From Sumerlaeia bacterium (lineage in GTDB: Bacteria; Sumerlaeota; Sumerlaeia; SLMS01; JAHLLQ01): a DNA stretch of 64,000 bases. The notes beneath the pieces are model-generated. The model ran no database searches. It saw only the letters and a program-made list of their open reading frames with translations, and had not been told where the DNA came from. The stretch is taken from positions 128,001 through 192,000 of the forward strand of contig JAVJSW010000046.1 of NCBI GenBank assembly GCA_040219255.1, written 5' to 3'. Shown here piece by piece: positions 36,786 through 46,635 of the stretch. Position numbers and translations under genes: made by a program. The first letter of the stretch is position 1. Each line of letters starts with the position of its first letter.

Positions 36786-37946
36786 ATGTACGACAAGACC
36801 CTTGCCCGTTACAGCCAAGTCCTGACCCGGATCGCCAGCCTTTCGCTGATCGCGGTCGCCTGCCTCGTCAGCGCTGGTTGCACCCGAACCTTCGACAAGA
36901 ACATCGTCCCGCCCCCGGTGCGCGGGACCGAAGAGATCAATTACGACCGGTTGCAGCAATTGCTGGTCAACGACAAGGTCCAGATGGAACAGACCGAGGA
37001 CTATCGCCTCGGTCCCGGCGATATGATCAGCATCCAGATTGTCGGCTACACCGGCCAAGTCTTCGGCAACACGTTGAACGAGGCCGGGGCGGAGTATCTT
37101 CTGACCGACAGTCCGACCCTTTCCCTTCCGCTCATTGGTTCCATCCAGGTTCACGGTAAGACGCAGGGCGAGTTCCAGGACGAACTGCGCACGGCCTACA
37201 GCCAGTTCATCAAGGACCCGCGCCCCGTCGTCGCGATCAAGAAGTTCAACCGCAACCAGGTCGCGGTTCTCGGCTCGGTCACAAAGCCCGGCAAGCATCC
37301 GATGGAATTCGGCGACACCGTGATCGATGTGATTTACAAGGCGGGTGGCCTGAGCATGGGCGGCCGCACCGGCGGTATGGCGCCGGGCGACTTTCTGAAG
37401 GTTTACCGCGAGAAACTTTCGCAGTCCGAGCGCTCGAGTCTGACGCTCGATGAAATCGTCGAGATGATTCGCGAAGGCGATCAGATCATCCCTCGCGAAG
37501 AAATCGTCATCCCGCTGCGCGAATTCTTCCTCAAAGGCACCATGCAGTACAACATCCCGGTCAGGGCCGGCGACATCATCTACATCCCGCCGGGCGGCAC
37601 GGTGAACGTGCAGGGCCGCGTCAACAGGCAGGGCGTGGCGTTCCTGGGGCCAAGCATCGCCACCGTGAGCGAAGTGATCGTCGAGCAGGGCGACCTGCGC
37701 TTCGGAGCGGCTTCCGTCGTGGAGGTGGTTCGTCCCCAGCCGGACGGCGAGACGGTTTCCTATTTCGTGAACGTGCGCGACATCAAGTCGCGCAAGATCC
37801 GGGATTTCGCGGTGCAGGACGGCGACAAGATTTACGTTTACACGCACCCGATCCGGGCCGCCGGGGAATTCGTCGGCAAGATCTTCTCGGCCGGTATCAA
37901 GACCGGTCTGGATGCGACCTACAAACCCGCCAGCGGCGGAATCTAG
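36786..37946 (+). CDS. Polysaccharide export lipoprotein (Wza/Poly_export + SLBB)
   Basis: Lipobox SAGC, DYRLGPGD, LPLIGSI..GKT, VLGSVTKPG, KAGGL, GDIIYIP. Confidence 0.9.
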   Translation: MYDKTLARYSQVLTRIASLSLIAVACLVSAGCTRTFDKNIVPPPVRGTEEINYDRLQQLLVNDKVQMEQTEDYRLGPGDMISIQIVGYTGQVFGNTLNEAGAEYLLTDSPTLSLPLIGSIQVHGKTQGEFQDELRTAYSQFIKDPRPVVAIKKFNRNQVAVLGSVTKPGKHPMEFGDTVIDVIYKAGGLSMGGRTGGMAPGDFLKVYREKLSQSERSSLTLDEIVEMIREGDQIIPREEIVIPLREFFLKGTMQYNIPVRAGDIIYIPPGGTVNVQGRVNRQGVAFLGPSIATVSEVIVEQGDLRFGAASVVEVVRPQPDGETVSYFVNVRDIKSRKIRDFAVQDGDKIYVYTHPIRAAGEFVGKIFSAGIKTGLDATYKPASGGI

Positions 37947-38037
37947 TGGAGGCGGGGACCTTCCCTATTCTCCCTCACTCTCCGGGGAGGCGCACCGCCT
38001 CCCCCCGACCCATCGTTTCGAGGAGCCAAGGTCTATC

Positions 38038-40542
38038 GTGAATGAGACCCATCACAACAACGGAATGCTGGAGCCCCCCATGGGGCCCGGCGCGGATGAC
38101 TTTCGAAATCCATCCTCCGCTCATCAGGCCGGGGCTCCCGCGCAAACGACCATGGAGGAGGAATCGACCTTCGATGTGACCGAGTACATCGAGGCGATTC
38201 TCAAGCGCAAGTGGCTCATTCTGCTCGCCGCCGCCATCGGTCTCGCGCTCGGCGGCATCCAGGTTCGCAACGCCACCCCAGTCTACACGTCGATGACGAC
38301 GATCAAGTATGAACCGTCGACACCCCGCATCGTCGAATTCGGCGACATCAGCGCCCGCGTGGCTTACCAGGAAGAGTTTTCGACGCAGTTGGAAATGATC
38401 CGCAGCCCGCTGGTGACACGGCGCGTCATCGAGGCTCTCGGCGCGGACCGGCAGGTTGAGCCCGCAGCGGAAGAGACGGAGAACACGAGCAGCGAGGAGC
38501 AGCAAAACGCCCCCGCCGCCGATCCTTCCCCCTTCAGCCTGATCAGTAAGAACCTTCGCCGTCTGCGCAACCAGATCCACAGTTGGCTCGCCCCCTACAA
38601 ACCGGTCGAGATCGACGAAGAGATCAGCCGTGAGCAAGGTCTTGTCAGCTACTATCAGAACAAAGTGCGCGTTCGCCAGCAGGCCGACACGAAGCTGATT
38701 TCCATCATGGCCAGCGACACCGACGCCCACAGCGCGGCCCGCATCGCGGACACCTTCGCCGAACAGTACATCGAAAGCCTGAAAGCCTCGAAGAGCGAGT
38801 CCTATCAGGGCGCCATCGAATACCTTTTCAATCAGCGCGCCCAGCTTCAGGACGAAATCAAACAGGCACGCGAAGCCCTCAATAATTTCGAGGGTCCCTC
38901 GGAAGTGCGCGTTATGGATCAAGCGCTCGAAGTGGCGCTCAACCGCTACAAGGGACTCAAGACCCAGATCGCCAATGTGGAAGACCGGCTGGCCCGTCTG
39001 AAAACGGAGCTGGAAACCTACAAGGGCGAGAACGCCGACGCGGTGCTCGAATTCCGCCGCTCGCAGAACGACCAATATCGCGTCATGACGTCGCGCCTGA
39101 ACGATCTGCGCGTGCAGTTGGCCGCCATGCTCGGCGAAAGCACCCAGAACAACCCCCAAGTGCAGCGCGTGCAGCGGGAAATCTCGGCCCTCGAGCAGCA
39201 GATCAATCAGATCTCCCGCCTCAACGACGCGGAAATGATCGGCGAAATCACCCTCTCGGAAGCCGAGTTGGGCGCCCTCAATCGTCAGTTGTCGCAAGTC
39301 GAAACGGAAATCGGTGAAGTGCGCTCGGAACGCGTCGAGTACGAAGTCCTTCAGCGCGATCTCGACTCCGCGACCCGCACCTACGACACCATCCTGTCGC
39401 GTCTCGAAGAGGTGGAAATCGCCTCCAAGGTCGAGTTCAACAACGTCACGATCGTCAGCAATGCACGCATCCCCCGATTCCCGACCTACCCGCGCGTGAT
39501 GCGCACCATCGCCCAGCACGGCGTCCTTGGCCTGGTGGTGGGAATCGTGTTCGCCCTGGGCATCTACAAACTCGATCGCTCGGTGCGCGACCCGTCTCAG
39601 GTCGAAGCGCGCCTCGGACTGCCGACCCTCGGCCAAGTGCCCTTCATCAAGAACAAGGGCCTCGTCAACCTGGTGTCGAAAAGCCGCAATCGCCGTATCC
39701 GCCTCATCAACCAGATGGATACCTTCTCCACGGAAGCGGAAGCCTTCAAGCTCCTGCGCACCTCGCTCCAGTACTCCACGCCGGGACACAGCCCCCGCGT
39801 CATCCTGGTGACCAGTTGTCTGCCACGGGAAGGCAAGTCGACGGTGTCGTCGAACCTGGCGATTTCCTACGCCGGACGCGGCGGCAAGGTACTGCTGATC
39901 GACGCCGACATGAAGCTGCCGATCGTGCACCAGACCTTCCAGGTGAACCGCAATCCGGGCTTGGCGGAAGTACTGACGGGCCAGAAAAACTGGCGCGAAG
40001 TGGTGCAACCGTCCGGTGTGGACAATCTCGAGGTGATGGTGGCCGGTCAGTCCGTCCCCTCACCGGCGGATCTGCTGGAAAGCGAAGCGATGGTCGAACT
40101 TCTCGCCGAACTGCGCCAGAACTACGAAACCATCATCGTCGACTCGGCACCGCTTCACGGCATGTCGGACAGCTATGTGCTCGGGCCAAAAGTCGACGGC
40201 ATCGCCATCGTGGTCAACGTGGGCGGCACGAAGACCGAGCTGCTCAACAAGACCGTTGGCGCCCTGCGCGCCATGCACGTGCGGGTCCTGGGCGTGGTGT
40301 ACAACTACCAGACCAAGGGCGCCCACGGCGTGCGATACTACTACGATTACTACTACGGCTACAAGTACGGTTACCGCTATGGAAACCGCTACGACCGGTC
40401 CGGCGTGACAGGCGAAGAAGCAGCCCAGGAGGGCCGCCGCTCCGGCGCCAGCCAGGCTCGTCTGAAAAAGAACGACGTCGAAATCCCAACCTCCTCCGGC
40501 TCCGCTTCCAGTTCCTCCTCAAGCGATCAGGACAAGCTCTAG
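38038..40542 (+). CDS. Polysaccharide co-polymerase/BY-kinase (Wzc)
   Basis: KRKW + TM, coiled coil, second TM, EAFKLLRTSL, PREGKST, LIDAD, IVDSAP, Tyr cluster YYYDYYYGYKYGYRY. Confidence 0.93.
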   Translation: MNETHHNNGMLEPPMGPGADDFRNPSSAHQAGAPAQTTMEEESTFDVTEYIEAILKRKWLILLAAAIGLALGGIQVRNATPVYTSMTTIKYEPSTPRIVEFGDISARVAYQEEFSTQLEMIRSPLVTRRVIEALGADRQVEPAAEETENTSSEEQQNAPAADPSPFSLISKNLRRLRNQIHSWLAPYKPVEIDEEISREQGLVSYYQNKVRVRQQADTKLISIMASDTDAHSAARIADTFAEQYIESLKASKSESYQGAIEYLFNQRAQLQDEIKQAREALNNFEGPSEVRVMDQALEVALNRYKGLKTQIANVEDRLARLKTELETYKGENADAVLEFRRSQNDQYRVMTSRLNDLRVQLAAMLGESTQNNPQVQRVQREISALEQQINQISRLNDAEMIGEITLSEAELGALNRQLSQVETEIGEVRSERVEYEVLQRDLDSATRTYDTILSRLEEVEIASKVEFNNVTIVSNARIPRFPTYPRVMRTIAQHGVLGLVVGIVFALGIYKLDRSVRDPSQVEARLGLPTLGQVPFIKNKGLVNLVSKSRNRRIRLINQMDTFSTEAEAFKLLRTSLQYSTPGHSPRVILVTSCLPREGKSTVSSNLAISYAGRGGKVLLIDADMKLPIVHQTFQVNRNPGLAEVLTGQKNWREVVQPSGVDNLEVMVAGQSVPSPADLLESEAMVELLAELRQNYETIIVDSAPLHGMSDSYVLGPKVDGIAIVVNVGGTKTELLNKTVGALRAMHVRVLGVVYNYQTKGAHGVRYYYDYYYGYKYGYRYGNRYDRSGVTGEEAAQEGRRSGASQARLKKNDVEIPTSSGSASSSSSSDQDKL

Positions 40543-40577
40543 CCCTTCCCGAAGGCTCTCATCGAAACCCGTGATCG

Positions 40578-40604
40578 CGCCTCGTTTTTTGACGGGGCGT
40601 TTTT
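40578..40604 (+). terminator. Probable intrinsic terminator of the EPS operon
   Basis: CGCCTCGTT-TTTT-GACGGGGCG followed by a T-run. Confidence 0.55.
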
Positions 40605-40673
40605 CTTGCGCGATTCGGGAACTTTGCACCCGCGGCACTTTTCCAAGGCCGTGAATCTCTTCCGGAGTCCCCC

Positions 40674-41870
40674 ATGCGTTCCATACTTTGCGCCCTGACA
40701 CTCTCCCTATTTTGCGCCGCCGCGGTGGCCGCGCCGCCGCCGTTTTCCCCGGAACTGACCAATTCCCCCCGTGCCCAGGTCCGAGCCACGCCCGCGAAGA
40801 CTCCCTCGGCCATCGCCGCCTGGCGCATGGAAAACGCCAAGGGGGCATCGGAGGATTTCAGCCTGGACCTGAATAACTGGCTGCTCACGGAGCAGCCAAT
40901 TCCCCAGTTCGCGGCGCTCCGCCTCTCCCGCTCGAACGGCCAGATCACCATGATGCCCAATGCCGACGCACCGGCGAACAGCTTTGGCTTCGTCGAATCC
41001 CCGCTCGTCTCCGTCGCCCGTTCCGATGCGCAGGGGGCCGTGGTGGGTCTTCGGCTGACCTACACGTCACCCTCCGCCTATGTCGGTCTGGCACCTACGA
41101 TGCGGGTGCGGGCGGCGACGGAGGACTTCCGGATCTATGCGGAAGCCGGCATCACACCCAACCAGTTCGCCCAGTCGGGTGGCAGAAACATCGCCATCGT
41201 CACCCTCGATCGATCACGGCTGAAAGAAAACGAGCGTCTCCGGTTCATCGTCGACCTGGTGAGCCTGTACGAGACCGACACCGTGGATCCGAATTTTACC
41301 GTCAGGCTGGAATCGGCCGAGGTCTTCGTCGCGACGCCCGGTGGCGGAGGAGAGGCAGGCGACCTCATCTCCGCCGCCTACATGGAAGTCGATGGCGATG
41401 TTTTCGCGCTCGAGAACGGCGAGGACGAGGACGACCGCACCCGCGTTCGCGCCTCCGCCAATGCCTACGCTTACGACGCTTCCGTCATCGCTGTGATCGA
41501 CGATGGACGCCTGTTCGCCTATGACGCCAACAAGGGATTCGACGGCGTGACCATCGAGGACGACAACAACGACCGCGTCATCGCGGCCGCTGTGGCGGGG
41601 AGATATGTGGTTTATGTGGAAGACACGGGCCGCGCCAGGGTTTACGACATGGACTCGGGCGAGCGCGACACCATCTTCGAAACCGGAGCCGATGGCGTCA
41701 GCGCGGGCGGCGATGGCCATACGGTGCTGGTGCTAGACTTGTTCGACAGCGGCCGCCAAGCCAGTGTTTTCGGGTACGATCCCGAGGACAACGATCCTGA
41801 ACCCTACGACGTGGCGGACAATGGCGATGTCCTGCTGCTGCGGGGACGGCAGACGGGGATTGTGAACTGA
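40674..41870 (+). CDS. Secreted hypothetical protein with acidic, probable beta-propeller C-terminal region
   Basis: Signal peptide ending AVA; repeated beta-strand units (LFAYD, ARVYD, VFGYD). Confidence 0.7.
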   Translation: MRSILCALTLSLFCAAAVAAPPPFSPELTNSPRAQVRATPAKTPSAIAAWRMENAKGASEDFSLDLNNWLLTEQPIPQFAALRLSRSNGQITMMPNADAPANSFGFVESPLVSVARSDAQGAVVGLRLTYTSPSAYVGLAPTMRVRAATEDFRIYAEAGITPNQFAQSGGRNIAIVTLDRSRLKENERLRFIVDLVSLYETDTVDPNFTVRLESAEVFVATPGGGGEAGDLISAAYMEVDGDVFALENGEDEDDRTRVRASANAYAYDASVIAVIDDGRLFAYDANKGFDGVTIEDDNNDRVIAAAVAGRYVVYVEDTGRARVYDMDSGERDTIFETGADGVSAGGDGHTVLVLDLFDSGRQASVFGYDPEDNDPEPYDVADNGDVLLLRGRQTGIVN

Positions 41871-41880
41871 TCGGCTGGAG

Positions 41881-43110
41881 TCAGGCGATCTGAGTTTCCG
41901 GAGACGCGGCGCCGTTCTGGTCTTCCCGGACGAGGCTTCGGGCCACCGCGGAGCCAAGACCGGGCGCGAGCTTCAAGCTGGCCAAGGCCGCCGCCGTCAA
42001 CGGCTGGGAATCGAGCACCCGGCGAATCGCCTGGATCGGAGCCTGCCGATTCTTCACCCGATCCTGCCAGGCCTGATCGTAGGAAAGCGCGAGGCGTTCG
42101 CTCCAGCCGTTGGCGACGGCCGCCTGGGCGTGCTCGACCGCCTCTTCCGCCGAAGCCAGGGCCCACGCCATTCCTTCCCCGGTCAACGGCTCCACATACC
42201 CGGAGGCATCGCCCACGAGGAGCAGGCGCTCGGCGCTCGGACGGGTCACGGACCGGCGCATGCGCGGACAGGTGACTGGATTGATGGTGTTTTCGCGGTC
42301 CCACAATTCAAGCGGGGCGGGAATGCCACAGCTCGCCAGGGTCTGCCGGATCGCCGCCAGGATGCCGCCCGCGTCGGAAATCGCGCGGGTCCGCAGCGCC
42401 GCCGCCAAGCTCCACAGCCCACCTTCCACCCGAGCCAAACCCACATAGCCCAACGTTCCGCAGGCCATCGTAATCGTTTCCTCGGGCAGATGCGCGAAGG
42501 CGTTGGCAGACATCAGCAGAGAGGCGCCGACCTTATCGTTGGCGGACGGACGAGCTTCCTCCGCCAGACCGGCGCAGCGCGCCATCGCACTCCCCAGCCC
42601 GTCGCAGGCGATGACCATCTGGGCGGTGGCGGTGGCGTTGTGCCCGTCCTCGGAGCGAAGCGCGATCAGGCGATGCTCGCCCAAGAGCCGGGTCGATACG
42701 GCGCGCGTTTGATCGATATAGGACACGCCTTCGTCAAGGGCGGCCTGCAACAGGCCGCTGTCGAGGCTCTGGCGCGAAATGCCCAGGGTGTGCTGCGCAT
42801 CGTGCTCCAAAGATACCGTCGCGTCCATACCGCTCGTATGCACCATGCGCAGGCGCTTGAGGGGTTGGGCCGCCAGGCCCTCCAGGGTGCGCCGCATCCC
42901 GAGGCGGCCGAGGGAATTCTGGGCGCGAGCGTTCAGGCAGCCACCACAGGTCTTTGGCCGGGGATGGCGTGACCGCTCGATCAACAGGACGTCGAGACCA
43001 CGCCGGGCCAGGGCGGCGGAAAGGGCGGTGCCCGCGACACCGGCGCCGACAACGACGACGGGCCAAACGCGGGCGGTGATGTCCTGAAGTGTGAGGGTCG
43101 GGCCGGTCAT
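41881..43110 (-). CDS. FAD-dependent oxidoreductase (geranylgeranyl reductase/FixC-like)
   Basis: VVGAGVAG, ER..HPRPKTCGGCL, IACDG, LLVGDASGYVEPLTGEGM. Confidence 0.88.
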   Translation of the reverse strand: MTGPTLTLQDITARVWPVVVVGAGVAGTALSAALARRGLDVLLIERSRHPRPKTCGGCLNARAQNSLGRLGMRRTLEGLAAQPLKRLRMVHTSGMDATVSLEHDAQHTLGISRQSLDSGLLQAALDEGVSYIDQTRAVSTRLLGEHRLIALRSEDGHNATATAQMVIACDGLGSAMARCAGLAEEARPSANDKVGASLLMSANAFAHLPEETITMACGTLGYVGLARVEGGLWSLAAALRTRAISDAGGILAAIRQTLASCGIPAPLELWDRENTINPVTCPRMRRSVTRPSAERLLLVGDASGYVEPLTGEGMAWALASAEEAVEHAQAAVANGWSERLALSYDQAWQDRVKNRQAPIQAIRRVLDSQPLTAAALASLKLAPGLGSAVARSLVREDQNGAASPETQIA

Positions 43111-43169
43111 GTCCCAGGGTCCTCTTTGGAAACCTTGGCAGCGCCAAGGAAGTTTCATGACTAAAAGGC

Positions 43170-43937
43170 TTAAGCGAGTCGAAGGCGGGAAGTCAAGAGA
43201 AGGCGGCAGGGAAAACGCCTTTCCAACAAAGCCTCCGGCAACTCCGCTCTTTCTGCCAGATCTTTGATTTCGCACGACTTGAACGCCGACCTGATGGACA
43301 GCGCGCTGTCCACGTGGACGACCTCCGAGTCTGTCACGAGGCGCGCCGCGAGGGCGACCTGCCAATAGGAGAGCCAGCTCCGTTCCAAATCCAAAACCAC
43401 GATCAGAAAAGCGGCGGCTGCCGCCGCTTTCTTGAGCAAAATCAACGCTTCGTCATCCCCGCAATGATGCAGGAAATTCGTGCAGAGGACCACGTCGGCC
43501 TTCGGCAGGGGCTCCTGGAGAATGTCAAGCGCCCGAAATTCGGCTCCGGGAATGCCTCTTCCATTGGCGCATCCGATCGCGAAGGGGCTGATGTCCGCGC
43601 CGAGAAAGCTCCATCCGGGCGGGCAGAGGCACCGGAGCCGGGCGATCGACCGGCCGTCGCCGCAGGCGAGATCGAGCACGCGTAGGGGCTGGCGAAATTC
43701 CGCGGGGGAGAGACGATGGCGGATTGCGCCCAGCAGCATCGCTGGGGCACGGCTAAGGGCGTTGAGGCGATGGAGCCCTGCCAGCGCGCGCTCGTGATCG
43801 CGGGGGTCCAGTCGCGGGTCGTCCATGATCTCCGGCCAGAGTTCGCGCTTCCGAAGCGCGTCTCGATCCCAAGGCTTAAGCCACTGGGCGCTGGGATGGG
43901 AGGCGATCAGTTGGCGGGCGGAAAGGGAATCAGGCAT
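43170..43937 (-). CDS. SAM-dependent methyltransferase
   Basis: EIMDDP..ALAGLHRLN, VLDLACGDG, GADIS, FLHH, DLERS, DSALSIRSAF. Confidence 0.87.
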   Translation of the reverse strand: MPDSLSARQLIASHPSAQWLKPWDRDALRKRELWPEIMDDPRLDPRDHERALAGLHRLNALSRAPAMLLGAIRHRLSPAEFRQPLRVLDLACGDGRSIARLRCLCPPGWSFLGADISPFAIGCANGRGIPGAEFRALDILQEPLPKADVVLCTNFLHHCGDDEALILLKKAAAAAAFLIVVLDLERSWLSYWQVALAARLVTDSEVVHVDSALSIRSAFKSCEIKDLAERAELPEALLERRFPCRLLLTSRLRLA

Positions 43938-43967
43938 GGATGGAAATCGCCGAGGGCGGAGGCGGAT

Positions 43968-44726
43968 GTGACCGAGGACGTGATTCAATCAGCGAAAAAT
44001 CCGCGGATCAAGCAGTGGAAGGCCCTGCATTCGGCCAAAGGCCGGCGTGAGGCGGGCCTCTTTCTCGCCGAAGGGCCTCACCTGGTGGAAGAAGCCCTCG
44101 CCAGCCGCTGGCCAATCGAGACCTTGCTCCTCGCCGAGGGTTCGAGTCCTCCGCCGGTGGTGGGCCGCATCGAGTCGGTTTGGCTGTCCGAGCCGGCCAT
44201 GCGAGCCGTCTCAGAAACAGAGGCGCCGCAGGGAATGGCGGCCGTTTGCCGATTGCCGGAAAGCGGGGCCAGCTTGCCGGCCGGCGAGCGGTTCCTGCTC
44301 CTCGACGCCGTGCAGGACCCGGGCAATGTCGGCACGCTGATTCGCGTGGCGGACGCCATGGGGCTGGACGGCGTGATCCTTGGGCCGGGAAGCGCGGACC
44401 CGTTCTCGGGAAAGGTGCTGCGGTCGGCGCAGGGATCGGTGTTTCATCTGCCGGTGCGCCGCGGGGAAAGCCTGGAGGAGGCCCTGCGGGAAATGAAGGC
44501 GCGGGGCCTGCCGGTCCTGGCGGCGGACATGATGGGCACGCCCATCCGTGAGTTCCGGGGGGGTGCGAGCTTCGCGCTCGTTATGGGAAACGAGGGAGCG
44601 GGTCTTTCGGAGCAGGCGTTGGCCTTTGCCGATCATCGGGTGTCGATCCCGATGCGGGGCCGGGCGGAGTCGCTTAACGTCGGCGTTGCCGCCGGCATTT
44701 GCCTCTACGAACTTCTGCGAGGTTGA
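43968..44726 (+). CDS. TrmH/SpoU family RNA methyltransferase
   Basis: IQSAKNP, FLAEG, QDPGNVGTLIR, MGNEGAG, IPM..AESLNV. Confidence 0.93.
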   Translation: MTEDVIQSAKNPRIKQWKALHSAKGRREAGLFLAEGPHLVEEALASRWPIETLLLAEGSSPPPVVGRIESVWLSEPAMRAVSETEAPQGMAAVCRLPESGASLPAGERFLLLDAVQDPGNVGTLIRVADAMGLDGVILGPGSADPFSGKVLRSAQGSVFHLPVRRGESLEEALREMKARGLPVLAADMMGTPIREFRGGASFALVMGNEGAGLSEQALAFADHRVSIPMRGRAESLNVGVAAGICLYELLRG

Positions 44727-44779
44727 ACTCTTGCTTGATGGAAAACTGGCGCGATGGACCCGCTGAGTATCTTGCGGGT

Positions 44780-45049
44780 TTAGGCGAGCAGCGTCCAGAG
44801 ACTGAAGAACCAGACTCCGGCGGCGGCGGTGGATTGGGCGGCGAGGAGGGTGTTGCGGCGTTCGACAGCGAAGAGGTCGAGGGCGCACCAGCCCCAAAGC
44901 AGGGTCCCGGCGGCGAGGAAAAGCACCGGGAGCAACCCGGTTGTGCCGACCGCGCAAAGGAACGCGCCGGTGAAGAAAAGACCGAGCGAGAAGAGGCTGG
45001 TCATAGCGATCGAGAAGAGGGTCTGTGTTCTGAGTTCGTTTTCTTCCAT
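44780..45049 (-). CDS. Small hypothetical membrane protein
   Basis: About 89 aa, three hydrophobic segments. Confidence 0.55.
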   Translation of the reverse strand: MEENELRTQTLFSIAMTSLFSLGLFFTGAFLCAVGTTGLLPVLFLAAGTLLWGWCALDLFAVERRNTLLAAQSTAAAGVWFFSLWTLLA

Positions 45050-45434
45050 GATAATCGGTCCGTGACGCCCAGAAAAATTTCGCGAGGTGCAATCTGCCAG
45101 AGCGCGCGTCACGGGTGGAAGCTGGCATTAAAGCGTTTTATCTGCAAGCCTATATTTCAGGATTTTTCGACTCCGTAAAGCTTTCGTTTCCTTGAAGTTA
45201 GGATGTGGATCGGACGAGTCTGAGATAGGACGCGGCGCCTTTTTGCCGGGGCGCTGCCAGCCCCTTTGAATCAATGGCGAAACTGAGTGCGATCCTGAGC
45301 GGCACGGCCCTCGCATTTAACGAATCCATGCGTCTTGCCGGTTGCTCTGGCGCAATCTCTTGATCCACCGTTTCAGGCGTTCCGGAGAGAACTCGCCGGA
45401 CACAACCGCAGCTTTCTATTTGGTAAGGCAGGAT

Positions 45435-46625
45435 ATGACCGTTCAGCGCCGGAAAACTCGCCAGATCTCCGTGGGAAATGTCGCCATCGGCGGCGGGGCG
45501 CCTATCAGCGTCCAGACCATGACCAAGACCAAGACCCACAACGTGGAGGCCACGCTGGCTCAACTCCACGACCTCGCCGAGGCGGGTGCCGATATCGTGC
45601 GCCTGGCCTGTCCGGACGAAGCCGCGGGCGAGGCCTTCAAGCCGATCATGCGCGAGGCCCCGGTCCCCATCATCGCCGACATCCACTTCGACTACCGTCT
45701 CGCCATCATGGTGCTCGACGCGGGCGTCGACGGCATCCGGCTCAACCCCGGCAACCTGGCGCGGCTGGATAAGCTGCCGGAAATCGTCGATCGCTGCCGC
45801 GACCGAAAGGTCCCCATCCGCATCGGCGTGAACAACGGGTCACTCTCGCGGCCGCTGCGCAAGAAGGTCTTCGCCGGCGAGATGGCCACCCACGACGCCA
45901 TGGCGGAATCGGCTCTCGAGCACATCAAGCTCCTCGAAGACCTTAATTACGAGGAGATCAAGATTTCGCTCAAGGCCTCGGACGTGGACACGACAGTACG
46001 GGCCTATCGCGCGCTGGCGGGGCGCTGCGATTATCCCTTCCACGTGGGCCTGACGGAAGCCGGGACCGTTCGTACCGGCACCATCAAGAGCAGCATCGCC
46101 ATCGGCATGCTGGCGCATGAGGGTCTGTGCGACACGATTCGCGTTTCGCTGACCGGCGATTCGAAGGAAGAAGTGTTCGTGGGCCAGAAAATCCTGCAAT
46201 TCGTGGGATTGCGCGACGCCGGGCCGAACCTGATCTCCTGCCCAAGTTGCGGCCGCGTCGAGATCGGGTTGGAGAAAGCCGCCTATGACGTCGAGGAGCG
46301 GCTGCGCAAGTACGGCAAAGAGACCATCAGCGTCTCCGTCATGGGGTGCGTGGTGAACGGCCCCGGCGAGGGCCAGATCGCCGACTTCGGCATTGCCGGC
46401 GGCCGGGGCCAGGGCGTCATCTATCGCCTCGGCAAGGTCCTCAAGAAGTGCCGCGAGGAAGACATGGTGGACGAACTGTTTGTAGCCATCGACGACTGGA
46501 TCGCCTCGGGCCGGCCCCGCGAGGAAGTGGACCCGGAGGTCTTCGAGCGGGTCATGAACGCGCGCCCCGGCTTCGAAGAATCGGCCGAGGCCTCCGCCAC
46601 CAAAGAAGCCGCCGCCACGCAGTGA
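45435..46625 (+). CDS. ispG: HMBPP synthase IspG/GcpE
   Basis: PISVQTMT, ADIHFDY, RLNPGN, IRIGVNNGSL, GLTEAG, DTIRVSL, SCPSCGR, MGCVVNGPGE. Confidence 0.97.
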   Translation: MTVQRRKTRQISVGNVAIGGGAPISVQTMTKTKTHNVEATLAQLHDLAEAGADIVRLACPDEAAGEAFKPIMREAPVPIIADIHFDYRLAIMVLDAGVDGIRLNPGNLARLDKLPEIVDRCRDRKVPIRIGVNNGSLSRPLRKKVFAGEMATHDAMAESALEHIKLLEDLNYEEIKISLKASDVDTTVRAYRALAGRCDYPFHVGLTEAGTVRTGTIKSSIAIGMLAHEGLCDTIRVSLTGDSKEEVFVGQKILQFVGLRDAGPNLISCPSCGRVEIGLEKAAYDVEERLRKYGKETISVSVMGCVVNGPGEGQIADFGIAGGRGQGVIYRLGKVLKKCREEDMVDELFVAIDDWIASGRPREEVDPEVFERVMNARPGFEESAEASATKEAAATQ

Positions 46626-46635
46626 GAGGTCCCCG

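Noticed and set aside
40336-40393. TAC-rich tandem repeat
   Set aside because: Encodes the normal Wzc C-terminal tyrosine cluster
44136-44151. tRNA T-arm-like GAGGGTTCGAGTCCTC
   Set aside because: Lies inside the TrmH coding sequence, with no D-arm, anticodon arm or acceptor stem
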